From Vicinamibacteria bacterium (GTDB taxonomy: Bacteria; Acidobacteriota; Vicinamibacteria; Marinacidobacterales; Marinacidobacteraceae), in the NCBI GenBank assembly GCA_964291235.2, contig OZ219816.1, positions 128,001 through 192,000 on the forward strand: a DNA stretch of 64,000 nt, written 5' to 3'. This document shows, one piece after another, positions 46,776 through 56,546 of this stretch. The notes under the pieces are model-generated. The model ran no database searches. It was not told where the DNA came from and saw nothing but the letters and a program-made list of their open reading frames with translations. Position 1 is the stretch's first letter. Each line of letters starts with the position of its first letter. The translations under genes were made by a program, and so were the position numbers.

Positions 46776-49103
46776 TCAGAACCGGAACAGCCGGGTGAAC
46801 TTGACGATGAACGACTGGGTGTTCAGTTCCGGATACCCGGGGACCAGGGTGTCCCGGAGCGAGTTGTAAACCAGGTAGAGATCGCTTCCCGGTTCGTACT
46901 CCCAGCGGAACCGGACGTTCGTCGACAGGCTGCCCGCGGAGCTGTTGTACTGGAGGAACGCGGCCAGGAAACTGCGCGGCGAGACGGTGTAGTTGATCCG
47001 CGCGGCGAGCAGATTGGTGTCGTAGTCGCCCTCGGGCAGGGCAATCCAGTTGGCCGAGACGATCGGCTCGACGGTGAGGCGGGTCATGAGCTCGACGCGG
47101 CCGCGCCAGGCGAGTTCGCGGCGGGTCCCGGAGAAGAACCCGCCCTGCTGGTAGGCGAAGCCGCCCGACACCGGGCGCTGGGGGCCCGCCTGGTAGCTGA
47201 GCCGCACGTAGTCGAAGTCGTACTCGCCGGGCGTCACCCCCAGGTCGTCGCTCAGCGAAAACGACTCGCTCAGCACCTCACGGTTCCGGGTGGCGTTCAC
47301 GTTGAAGCTGTCCCCGTTCTCGAATTCCATGTCGTAGCGGAAGCCGAAGATGCGGGTCTCGAGTTCGCCCTCGTTATCCGTCGTGTAGTCCACGCTGCCG
47401 ATCCAGCCCAGCTTGCGGAGCCAGGAGATCGAATGCGGCCGCGGACTGAAGCGCGCTTCGGCGTAGTTCCGCTGGAAATCCCGGCGGCGCAGGAATCCGA
47501 TCCCGGGATCGAAGTCGTCCCCGACCACCAGGCGCTCGGCCTGTACCCCGTAACGGTCGCCGTTGTAGTCGAGCTGACCGAGGTAGCTCAGCCCGGTCTG
47601 GTCCTCGAGCTCGTTCTGGGTCCAGGCCGCGTAGCTGCGGATGTCCAGGTTCTCGAAAAAGCCGAACCGGGCGTCCATCCCGTAGGCGAAGTTCCGGCCC
47701 AGGCCGCCTTCGGTGTGCGAGCGATAGGTTCCCATCACGCCGACCGTGCTGCGGTTCAGGATGTCGCGCTTCAGCCGGAGGACGGAGAAATCCGTCTCCG
47801 GGGAGCCGGCGGCAGCACTCTCGCCGCTGCGCATCGCGATCGCGCCCACGTTGTATTCGCCGAGCCTTCCCGTCACCCGGGCTCCCCCAGTGATGGGCAC
47901 CGCCTGGCCGGCCTCGATGCCGATGCGGCGGCTGAAGAACAGCACCGGGGTGCTGCTCGGCGGCCCGAAGCTGCGTGTGGACCCGGGCGGCGCGCCGCGG
48001 CCCGTCGTGCCGAACTCGAAGATCCCCTGGCCTTCCAGGAAGAACTCGCGCTTTTCGGGGAAGAAGAGGCTGAACCGCGTCAGGTTGATCTGCTGGGCGT
48101 CGGCCTCGACCTGGGCGAAGTCGGTGTTGTAGGTGAGATCGGCGGTGAGCCCGCTGGTGATCCCCACCTTCGCGTCCAGCCCGAAGTCCCCGCCGAAGTC
48201 GCGGTCGAGCGACCCGGCCTCGATCCGGGCGCCCGCGGCGTCACCGATGAGATACGGCTTCACCTCGACCGTCCGGGAACTGGCAGGCGCTTCGAGTCCC
48301 ACCAGGGTGCCCGCCGAGCTGATCTTGGTGATCGCCCGCGGGCCGAGCGCGGCCGGCACCTGGGTCAGGTAGGACATCTCGTTCTTCCAGCGCACCACCC
48401 GGCGGAAGTTGATGCCCCAGACCTGCTGTCCCCCGGTTGCGTAGCGCAGGGTCTTGAACGGGATGCGCATCTCCATGGTCCAGCCGTTCTCGAAGCGCGC
48501 CGCCTTGGAGTCCCAGACCGCGGTCCAGTCGCGGTTCACGCCGCGCTCGTCCACGATTAGGCCGTCGAAGAAGCCGCCGATCGGATTCAGGTAGAAGAAG
48601 AAGGCGTTCCGGCGGTCATAGAACGTGTCCAGAATGACGGCGAGGTTCGCGTTGTTGAAGATGCCGAAGTGGTCCCGCCGCATTTCGGTGGCCACGATCC
48701 GGTCCGGTTCGGAGTCCCAGCACCGGCCGGCGATGTACACCGCATCGTCGTCGAAGAACACCCAGACCTCGGTGTCTTCGGTGGCTGGTTCCCCCTCGAG
48801 CGGGAGCGCCTGGATGAAGCCGCTCACTCCCGGAACGCGGTCGTAGATTCCGTCGTCGAGTCGGCCGTCGAGTTCGAAAGGTCCCTCGAGTCGGGTGGCG
48901 CGCATGGTGGCGCCGCCGACATCGTCCCGGCGGACCATCTCGGGGAGATCGGGCGGCGCCGGGCCGCGGACCACGAATTCCGGCTCCGGCGTCGCCCCCT
49001 GGCCGTCCTGGCGCTCCCCGAGTGCTCCCGTCTGCCCCAGGGAAGAGGCAGGCGCGATCAGGGCGGAGGCAACGAGAACGAAGCGGAACGCGTGGCGGGA
49101 CAA
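46776..49103 (-). CDS. CBM9-like + DUF5916 putative outer-membrane protein, paralog A
   Basis: Signal peptide, LDGRLDD, DTFYDRRN, WT.E.RIPF..LRY, WGINF.R, NTDFAQVEAD..INLTRFSLFFPEKREFFLEG, C-terminal KFTRLFRF. TTG start. Confidence 0.85.
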   Translation of the reverse strand: MSRHAFRFVLVASALIAPASSLGQTGALGERQDGQGATPEPEFVVRGPAPPDLPEMVRRDDVGGATMRATRLEGPFELDGRLDDGIYDRVPGVSGFIQALPLEGEPATEDTEVWVFFDDDAVYIAGRCWDSEPDRIVATEMRRDHFGIFNNANLAVILDTFYDRRNAFFFYLNPIGGFFDGLIVDERGVNRDWTAVWDSKAARFENGWTMEMRIPFKTLRYATGGQQVWGINFRRVVRWKNEMSYLTQVPAALGPRAITKISSAGTLVGLEAPASSRTVEVKPYLIGDAAGARIEAGSLDRDFGGDFGLDAKVGITSGLTADLTYNTDFAQVEADAQQINLTRFSLFFPEKREFFLEGQGIFEFGTTGRGAPPGSTRSFGPPSSTPVLFFSRRIGIEAGQAVPITGGARVTGRLGEYNVGAIAMRSGESAAAGSPETDFSVLRLKRDILNRSTVGVMGTYRSHTEGGLGRNFAYGMDARFGFFENLDIRSYAAWTQNELEDQTGLSYLGQLDYNGDRYGVQAERLVVGDDFDPGIGFLRRRDFQRNYAEARFSPRPHSISWLRKLGWIGSVDYTTDNEGELETRIFGFRYDMEFENGDSFNVNATRNREVLSESFSLSDDLGVTPGEYDFDYVRLSYQAGPQRPVSGGFAYQQGGFFSGTRRELAWRGRVELMTRLTVEPIVSANWIALPEGDYDTNLLAARINYTVSPRSFLAAFLQYNSSAGSLSTNVRFRWEYEPGSDLYLVYNSLRDTLVPGYPELNTQSFIVKFTRLFRF

Positions 49104-49152
49104 GAGCGGGGACTCGGGCGGCGGAACTCTACGCCGGGCTGGCGTCCGGCGG

Positions 49153-51486
49153 TCAGAACCGGAAGAGCCGGGTGAACTTGACGATGAAGGACTGGGTGTT
49201 CAGTTCGGGGTATCCGGGCGCCAGGGTGTCCCGCAGCGAGTTGTAAACCACGTAGAGGTCGCTGCCCGGTTCGTATTCCCAACGGAAGCGGACGTTCGTG
49301 GAGAGGCTGTTCGCGGAGGTGTTGTACTGGAGGAACGCCGCGACAAAACTGCGGGGTGAGAGCGTGTAGTTGACCCGGGACGCGATCAGATTGGTGTCGT
49401 AGTCGCCGGTCGGCAGGTCGATCCAGTTCATCGAGACGGTGGGCTCGAGGGAGAAGCGGGTCGTCACCTCGACCCGTCCGCGCCATGCCGCCTCGCGGCG
49501 CATCCCCGAGAAGAAGCCCCCCTGCTGGAAGGCGAAGTTTCCCGAGATGGGACGCTGCGGCCCCGCCTGGTAGGCGACCCGGACGTGATCGAAGTCGTAC
49601 GGACCCACCCCCACGCCGATCCCGTCGTCCTCGTCCAGAAGGAACTCTTCGCTGAGCACCTCGTGGTTCCGGGCGGCGTCCACGTTGAGCCGGTCGCCGT
49701 TTTCGAGTTCGACCTCCGTCCGCAGTTGGAGAATTCGGGTCTCGAGGACAGCCTCGTTATCGGTGGTGTAGTCGACGCTGCCAGTCCAGCCGATCTGGCG
49801 CAGCCAGGAGATCGAGTGCGGCCGGGGGCTGAAGCGCGCTTCGGCGTAGTTGCGCTGGAAATCCCGGCGGCGCAGGAACCCGATGCCGGGATCGAAGCCG
49901 TCGCCAACCACGAGCCGTTCGGTCTTGAGCCCGTAGCGGTCGCCGTTGTACTCGAGCTGGCCCAGATAGCTCATCCCGGTCTCGTCCTCGAGTTCGTTCT
50001 GGGTCCAGGCGGCGTAGCTACGGATGTCGAGGTTCTCGAAGAGACCGAAGCGGGCGTCCATCCCGTAGGCGAAGTTCCGTCCCAACCCGCTGGCGCCGTG
50101 GGAGCGGTAGGTGCCCATGACGCCCACGGTGCTGCGGTTCAGGATGTCGCGCTTCAGCCGCAGGGCCGAGAAGTCGGTCTCCGGGGCGCCCGCGGCGTTG
50201 TTCCCTCCGGTCCGGATGGCAAGCGCCCCGACCCCGAAGTCGCCGAGCTTGCCGGTCACCCGCCCACCGCCGAGAATCGGCACCATCTGGCCGTCGGCGA
50301 TCCCGATCTGGCGGCTGAAGAAGAGCACCGGGGTGCTGCTCGGCGGGCCGAAGCTGCGCGTCGATCCCGCCGGAGGGGCGCGGCTCGAAGTGCCGAAGCT
50401 GAAGGTCCCCTGCCCTTCGAGGAAGAACTCGCGCTTCTCGGGAAAGAAGAGGCTGAACCGCGTCAGGTTGATCTGCTGGGCGTCCGCCTCCACCTGGGCG
50501 AAGTCGGTGTTCCAGGTGAGGTCGGCGATCAGGCCGCTGGTGATCCCGACCTTGGCATCCACCCCGAAGTCGCCGCCGTAGTCCCGCTCCAGCCCGCCGG
50601 CACCGGCGCGGATCCCGGCGGCGTCCCCGATGAGGTACGGCTTCACCTCGACGGTCCGGGAACTGGCAGGCGCCTCCAGGCCCACGAGCGTCCCCGCCGA
50701 GCTGATCTTGGTGATGGCGCGGGGTCCGAGGGCCGTAGGAACCCCGGTGAGGAAGGACAGCTCGTTCTTCCAGCGCACGATACGGCGGAAGTTGATCCCC
50801 CAGACCTGAGGGCCTCCGCTCGCGTAGCGCAGCGTCTTGAACGGGATCCGCATCTCCATGGTCCAGCCGTTTTCGAACCGAGCCGCCCGGGAGTCCCAGA
50901 CCGCGGTCCAGTCGCGGTTGGGGGGATTCTCATCCGCGATGAGGCCGTCGAAGAACCCGCCGATCGGGTTCATGTAGAAGAAGAAGGCGTTCCGGCGGTC
51001 GTAGAAGGTGTCCAGGATGACCGCGAGGTTCTCGTTGTTGAAGATGCCGAAGTTGTCCCGCCGCATCTCGGTCGCCACCATGCGGTGGGGCTGGCTGTCC
51101 CAGCACCTGCCGGCGATGTACACCGCTTCGTCGTCGTAGAAGATCCAGACGTCGGTCGGCTCGGTAGCCGGTTCGCCTTCGAGCGGCAGCGCCTGGATGA
51201 AACCGCCCACCCCGGGCACCCGTTCGTAGATCGCGTCGTCGAGGCGGCCGTCCAGCTCGAGCGGCTCGGTGAGGCGGGTGGCGCGCATGGTGGCGCCCCC
51301 GGCGTCGTCGCGCCGGACCATCTCGGGGAGATCGGGCGGTGCCGGGCCGCGGACCACGAATGCGGGCTCGGGGGCCTCGCCTTGGCCGTCCTGCCGATCG
51401 CCGGGTTCTCCCGTCTGCGCCCGCGGGGCGACCGGCCAAATCAGGGTGGAGGCGGCGAGAACGAAGCGGAAGGCGCGGCGGGACAA
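49153..51486 (-). CDS. CBM9-like + DUF5916 putative outer-membrane protein, paralog B
   Basis: Same motifs, colinear with A and C. TTG start. Confidence 0.85.
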   Translation of the reverse strand: MSRRAFRFVLAASTLIWPVAPRAQTGEPGDRQDGQGEAPEPAFVVRGPAPPDLPEMVRRDDAGGATMRATRLTEPLELDGRLDDAIYERVPGVGGFIQALPLEGEPATEPTDVWIFYDDEAVYIAGRCWDSQPHRMVATEMRRDNFGIFNNENLAVILDTFYDRRNAFFFYMNPIGGFFDGLIADENPPNRDWTAVWDSRAARFENGWTMEMRIPFKTLRYASGGPQVWGINFRRIVRWKNELSFLTGVPTALGPRAITKISSAGTLVGLEAPASSRTVEVKPYLIGDAAGIRAGAGGLERDYGGDFGVDAKVGITSGLIADLTWNTDFAQVEADAQQINLTRFSLFFPEKREFFLEGQGTFSFGTSSRAPPAGSTRSFGPPSSTPVLFFSRQIGIADGQMVPILGGGRVTGKLGDFGVGALAIRTGGNNAAGAPETDFSALRLKRDILNRSTVGVMGTYRSHGASGLGRNFAYGMDARFGLFENLDIRSYAAWTQNELEDETGMSYLGQLEYNGDRYGLKTERLVVGDGFDPGIGFLRRRDFQRNYAEARFSPRPHSISWLRQIGWTGSVDYTTDNEAVLETRILQLRTEVELENGDRLNVDAARNHEVLSEEFLLDEDDGIGVGVGPYDFDHVRVAYQAGPQRPISGNFAFQQGGFFSGMRREAAWRGRVEVTTRFSLEPTVSMNWIDLPTGDYDTNLIASRVNYTLSPRSFVAAFLQYNTSANSLSTNVRFRWEYEPGSDLYVVYNSLRDTLAPGYPELNTQSFIVKFTRLFRF

Positions 51487-51590
51487 CAGCGGGAACTCGG
51501 GCGGCGGAACTCTACGCCGGGCTGCGGCGCCGCGATGCCGGGGTGAGGTCGGCCCGGTTTTCGCGGTGGGGGCTCCCGTGAGTGTGGGCT

Positions 51591-51781
51591 ACCAAGGCTG
51601 CGAAGGGCCCCGCCGAGAGGGGAACCATCGTGGCGCTGGGGGGACCGTCCCGCCGCCCCGCTTCGCGGGGCTGTGCCGACCTGGAGGTCGGCGTTCCCGT
51701 GCCTGTGGCACCGTGGAGGTGGGGGGCGTTGTGCGTTTCGCGGCCCGGCGGGCCGCGATGCCGGCCAGAGGTCGGCGCTCC
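51591..51781. repeat. Solo copy of the ~120-bp REP-like unit plus a degenerate second hairpin
   Basis: 51591-51703 accaaggctg...gccgagaggggaacc...gccgacctggaggtcggcgttcccgtgcc. Degenerate hairpin at about 51759-51781. Confidence 0.85.
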
Positions 51782-51812
51782 TGGCGCTCCTCGGGCTCCT
51801 TGCGTTCCCTGC

Positions 51813-54146
51813 CTAGAACCGGAACAGACGGGTGAACTTGACGATGAACGACTGGGTGTTCAGTTCGGGGTATCCGGGCGCCAGGGTGTCCCGCAGGGAG
51901 TTGTAAACCACGTAGAAGTCGCTGCCCGGCTGGTACTCCCAGCGGAAGCGCACATTCGTGGAGAGGCTGTTCGCGGCGGTGTTGTATTGCAAGAACCCCG
52001 CGAGGAAGCTGCGGGGCGAGAGCGTGTAGGTGATCCGGGACGCGATCAGGCTGGTGTCGTAGTCGCCGGTCGGCAGGTCGATCCAGTTCATCGAGACGCC
52101 GGGCTCGAGGGAGAAGCGCGTCGTCACCTCCACCCGGCCGCGCCACGCCGCCTCCCGGCGGGTCCCGGAGAAAAACCCGCCCTGCTGGAAGGCGAAGTTC
52201 CCGGAGATCGGCCGCTGCGGGCCGGCCTGGTAGCTGACCCGGAAGTGATCGAAGTCGTATGGACCCGCCCCCACGCCGATCCCCTCGTCCTCGTCTAGCA
52301 GGAACGCTTCGCTCAGCACCTCGTGGTTCCGGGCGGCGTTCAGGTTGAGCCGGTCCCCGTTCTCGAGTTCGACGTCGGTACGCAGGGAGAAGATCCGGGT
52401 CTCGAGGACGGATTCGTTGTCGGTGGTGTAGTCCACGCTGCCGGTCCAGCCGATCTTGCGCAGCCAGGAGATGGAGTGCGGCCGGGGGCTGAAGCGCGCC
52501 TCGGCGTAGTTCCGCTGGAAGTCCCGGCGGCGCAGGAACCCGATTCCCGGATCGAATCCGTCGCCGACCACGAGCCGTTCCGTCTTGAGCCCGTATCGGT
52601 CGCCGTTGTAGTCGAACTGGCCGAGATAGCTCATTCCGGTCTCGTCTTCGAGTTCGTTCTGCGTCCAGGCGGCGTAGGCCTGGATGTCGAGGTTCTCGAA
52701 GAGACCGAAGCGGGCGTCCATCCCGTAGGCGAAGTTCCGTCCCAGTCCGCTTTGGGTGTGAGAGCGATAGGTGCCCATGACGCCCACCGTGCTGCGGTTC
52801 AGGATGTCGCGCTTCAGCCGCAGGACCGAGAAGTCGGTCTCCGGAGCGCCCGCGGCGCTGTTCGCGCCGCTGCGGATCGCGAGTGCCCCGACGCCAAAGT
52901 CCCCGAGTTTCCCGGTCACCCGACCTCCGCCGAGGATCGGCACTACCTGGCCGCCGGCAATCCCGATCTGGCGGCTGAAGAAGAGCACCGGAGTGCTGCT
53001 CGGCTGGCCGAAGCTGCGCGTGGATCCGGACGGCGGCGCCCGCGAGGCGGTGCCGAAGGTGAAGATCCCCTGCCCTTCGAGGAAGAACTCCCGCTTTTCC
53101 GGGAAGAAGAGGCTGAAGCGGGTGAGGTTGATCTGCTGGGCGTCCGCCTCCACCTGGGCGAAGTCGGTGTTCCAGGTGAGATCGGCGGTGAGTCCGCTGG
53201 TGATCCCCACCTTCGCGTCCACTCCGAAGTCACTGCCGTAGTTCCGTTCCAGCCCGCCGCCGTCGGCTCGGATGCCGGCGCCGTCGCCGATCAGGTAGGG
53301 CTTGACCTCGACGGTGCGCGAGCTGGCCGGCGCCTCGACGCCCACCAGGGTGCCCGCCGAACTCACCTTGGTGATGGCGCGGGGCCCCATGGCGGCGGGA
53401 AGCCGGGTCAGATAGGAGTACTCGTTCTTCCAGCGCACGATGCGGCGAAAGTTGATCCCCCAGACCTGGGGACCGCCGCCGGCATAGCGCAGCGTCTTGA
53501 ACGGGATCGCCATCTCCATGGTCCAGCCGTTTTCGAACCGGGCTGCCCGGGAGTCCCAGACCGCCGTCCAGTCGCGGTTGATGTTCAACTCGTCCACGAT
53601 CAGGCCGTCGAAGAACCCGCCGAGCGGGTTCAGGTAGAAGAAGAAGGCGTTCCGGCGGTCGTAGAAGGTGTCGAGGATGACCGCGAGGTTCTCGTTGTTG
53701 TGGATGCCGAAGTGGTCGCGCCGCATTTCGGTGGCCAGCATCCGGTCGGGCTGGCTGTCCCAGCAGCGGCCGGCGACGTAGAGCGTCTCGTCGTCGTAGA
53801 AGACCCAGACCTCGGTCGCCTCGGTGGCGGGCTCGCCCTCGAGGGGCAGTCCCTGGATGAAACCGCCCACCCCGGGCACCCGGTCGTAGATGGCGTCGTC
53901 AAGACGGCCGTCTAGCTCGAACGGCTCGGTGAGGCGGGTGGCGCGCATGGTGGCGCCGCCGGCGTCGTCGCGCCGGACCATCTCGGGAAGGTCCGGAGGC
54001 GCGGGGCCGCGTACGACGGTCCCAGACGCCGAGGCTGAGCCTTGGCCGTCCTGGGGTTCGTCGCGCTGGGCGGACTGCGCCCACAGGGAGGCTGGAACGA
54101 TCAGGGCCGCGCCGGCGAGGACGAAGCGGGACGCCTGACGGGACAA
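51813..54146 (-). CDS. CBM9-like + DUF5916 putative outer-membrane protein, paralog C
   Basis: Same motifs. TTG start 7 nt after TAGAGT. Confidence 0.85.
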   Translation of the reverse strand: MSRQASRFVLAGAALIVPASLWAQSAQRDEPQDGQGSASASGTVVRGPAPPDLPEMVRRDDAGGATMRATRLTEPFELDGRLDDAIYDRVPGVGGFIQGLPLEGEPATEATEVWVFYDDETLYVAGRCWDSQPDRMLATEMRRDHFGIHNNENLAVILDTFYDRRNAFFFYLNPLGGFFDGLIVDELNINRDWTAVWDSRAARFENGWTMEMAIPFKTLRYAGGGPQVWGINFRRIVRWKNEYSYLTRLPAAMGPRAITKVSSAGTLVGVEAPASSRTVEVKPYLIGDGAGIRADGGGLERNYGSDFGVDAKVGITSGLTADLTWNTDFAQVEADAQQINLTRFSLFFPEKREFFLEGQGIFTFGTASRAPPSGSTRSFGQPSSTPVLFFSRQIGIAGGQVVPILGGGRVTGKLGDFGVGALAIRSGANSAAGAPETDFSVLRLKRDILNRSTVGVMGTYRSHTQSGLGRNFAYGMDARFGLFENLDIQAYAAWTQNELEDETGMSYLGQFDYNGDRYGLKTERLVVGDGFDPGIGFLRRRDFQRNYAEARFSPRPHSISWLRKIGWTGSVDYTTDNESVLETRIFSLRTDVELENGDRLNLNAARNHEVLSEAFLLDEDEGIGVGAGPYDFDHFRVSYQAGPQRPISGNFAFQQGGFFSGTRREAAWRGRVEVTTRFSLEPGVSMNWIDLPTGDYDTSLIASRITYTLSPRSFLAGFLQYNTAANSLSTNVRFRWEYQPGSDFYVVYNSLRDTLAPGYPELNTQSFIVKFTRLFRF

Positions 54147-54180
54147 GGGAGGAACTCTAAGGACCGGGAGGCGGAGCCTG

Positions 54181-56517
54181 TCAGAACCGGAAAAGGCGGG
54201 TGAACTTGACGATGAAGGCCTGGGTGTTCAGTTCGGGGTACCCGGGCATCAAGGTGTCACGGAGTGAGTTGTACACGAGATAGAAGTCGCTGCCCGGCTG
54301 GTACTCCCAGCGAAACCGGACGTTCGTGGAGAGGCTGTTCGCGGCGCTGTTGTACTGCAGGAACGCGGCGAGAAAGCTGCGGGGAGACAGGTTGTAGTTG
54401 ATCCTCGAAGCGACCAGCCGGGTGTCGTAGTTGCCGTCCGGAAGGGCGATCCAGTTCAGGGAAATGATGGGCTCGACGATGAGGTGGGGAACGACCTCGA
54501 GCCGGCCGCGCCAGGCGAGCTCGCGCCGGGTCCCCGAGAAGAACCCGCCCTGCTGATACGAGAAGGTCCCCGAGATCGGCCGCTGGGGCCCGGCCCGGTA
54601 GCTGAGGCGGGCGTAGTCGAAGTCGTGGGGTCCGGTAGCCACTGCAAGGTCGCCGGCCAGACGGAATTCCTCGTGAAGCACCTCCCGGTTGCGCGCCGCC
54701 TGGAACTGGGCGCTGTCCCCGTTCTCCAACTCGACGTCGGAGCGGAGCGCGAAGATCCGGGTTTCCAGATTCCCGTTGGTGTCCGTGGTGTAGTCGAGAC
54801 TGCCGGTCCCACCGATCTTCCGCAGCCAGGAGATCGAGCGGGGCCGGGGGCTGAAGCGCGCCTCCGCGTAGTTGCGCCGGAAGTCCCGGCGGCGCAGGAA
54901 GCCGAGCCCGGGATCGAAGCCCTCGCCGACCACCAGCCGCTCGAACTGGAGTCCGTAACGGTCGGCCTGGTAGTCGAACTGGCCGCGGTAGCTCATGCCG
55001 GTCCGGTCCTCATATTCGTTCTTCGTCCAGGCCGCGTAGCTGCGAATGTCGAGGTTCTCGTAGAGCCCGAAGCGCGCGTCCATCCCGTAGGCGGTGTTGC
55101 TTCCCAGACCGTCTGCGGCGCCCGAGCGGTAGGTGCCCATCACCCCGACCGTGCTGCGGCCCAGGATGTCCCGCTTCAGCCGGAATACCGAAAAGTCGGT
55201 TTCGGGGGCGCCCGCGGCAAGGCTCTCGCCGCTACGGATCGCGAGCGCGCCGACGCCGAAGTCGCCGATCTTGCCCGTCACCCGGGCGCCGCCGCGGATC
55301 GGCGCCACCTGGTTTCCGGCGATGCCGATCCGGCGGCTGAAGAAGAGGAGCGGGACGCTGCTCGGCGCTCCGAAGCGCCGGCTCGAGGCGCGCGGGGTGC
55401 GCTCCGAGGTTCCGAAGGCGAAGAGCCCCTGCCCTTCGAGAAAGAACTCGCGCTTTTCGGGGAAGAAGAGGCTGAACCGGGTCAGGTTGATCTGCTGGGC
55501 ATCCGCCTCGACCTGGGCGAAGTCGGTGTTCCAGGTCAGGTCGGCGGTGAGCCCGCTGGTGATGCCGACCTTGGCGTCCACCCCGAAATCGCCCCCGAAG
55601 TCCCGGTCGAGGGCGCCGCTCTCGGCCTGGGCCGCGGCGGCGTCCCCCGTGAGGTACGGCTTCACCTCGATGGTCCGCGAACTGGGCGGCGCCTCGAGGC
55701 CGACCAGGGTCGCATAGGAACTCACCTTGGTGATCGACCAGATCCCGAGGGCGGCCGGGAGTTGGGTCAGGTAGGAGATTTCGTTCTTCCAGCGGACGAC
55801 CCGGCGGAAGTTGATGCCCCACACCTGTGGGCCCGCGGCGGGGTAGCGGAGGGTCTTGAACGGAAACCGCAGTTCGGTCGTCCAGCCGTTCTCGAACCAG
55901 GCGGTCCGGGAGTCCCACACCGCGGTCCAGTCGCGGTTGAAGTTCCGCTCGTCGGTGATGAGGCCGTCGAAGAACCCGCCCAGGGGGTTGAGGTAGAAGA
56001 TGAACGCGTTCCGGCGGTCGTAGAAGGTGTCGAAGGTGACGGCCAGGTGCTGGTTGAGCCAGATGCTCCCGTGGTCGCGCCGGAGTTCGGTGGCCACGAT
56101 CCGGTGGGGCTGGGTGTCCCAGGCGCGGCCGGCGATGTAGATCGCCTCGTCGTCGAAGAAGACCCAGACCTCGGTCTTTTCGGTGGCCGGCGCTCCTTCG
56201 AGCGGCTCGGTCTGGATGAAGTCGCTGATTCCGGGAACCCGCTCGTAGATGGCTTCATCGAGGCGGCCGTCGAAGTCGAGCGGCTCCTCCAGGCGGACGG
56301 CCCGAATGGTGGCGCCACCCTGGTCGTCGCGCCGGATCATCGCCGGGGGGTCCGGCGGCGCGGGACCGTGGATCACGGGAGCCGGCCCTTGAGCCCGAGT
56401 TGATGGCTCCTGCTGAGAAGCCCCGGCCTGCGGTGGCTTCCCGGGCGGCGACGGGACTGCGGTAGCCGGGACGACGAGCAGCCCGGCGGCCAGCGCGAGG
56501 GCGCTGGAACCGGCCAC
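54181..56517 (-). CDS. CBM9-like + DUF5916 putative outer-membrane protein, paralog D
   Basis: Same motifs. GTG start. Most divergent member of the A-D group. Confidence 0.85.
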   Translation of the reverse strand: MAGSSALALAAGLLVVPATAVPSPPGKPPQAGASQQEPSTRAQGPAPVIHGPAPPDPPAMIRRDDQGGATIRAVRLEEPLDFDGRLDEAIYERVPGISDFIQTEPLEGAPATEKTEVWVFFDDEAIYIAGRAWDTQPHRIVATELRRDHGSIWLNQHLAVTFDTFYDRRNAFIFYLNPLGGFFDGLITDERNFNRDWTAVWDSRTAWFENGWTTELRFPFKTLRYPAAGPQVWGINFRRVVRWKNEISYLTQLPAALGIWSITKVSSYATLVGLEAPPSSRTIEVKPYLTGDAAAAQAESGALDRDFGGDFGVDAKVGITSGLTADLTWNTDFAQVEADAQQINLTRFSLFFPEKREFFLEGQGLFAFGTSERTPRASSRRFGAPSSVPLLFFSRRIGIAGNQVAPIRGGARVTGKIGDFGVGALAIRSGESLAAGAPETDFSVFRLKRDILGRSTVGVMGTYRSGAADGLGSNTAYGMDARFGLYENLDIRSYAAWTKNEYEDRTGMSYRGQFDYQADRYGLQFERLVVGEGFDPGLGFLRRRDFRRNYAEARFSPRPRSISWLRKIGGTGSLDYTTDTNGNLETRIFALRSDVELENGDSAQFQAARNREVLHEEFRLAGDLAVATGPHDFDYARLSYRAGPQRPISGTFSYQQGGFFSGTRRELAWRGRLEVVPHLIVEPIISLNWIALPDGNYDTRLVASRINYNLSPRSFLAAFLQYNSAANSLSTNVRFRWEYQPGSDFYLVYNSLRDTLMPGYPELNTQAFIVKFTRLFRF

Positions 56518-56546
56518 AGCCCGGGATCCTGGTCCGGACCCCCGGA

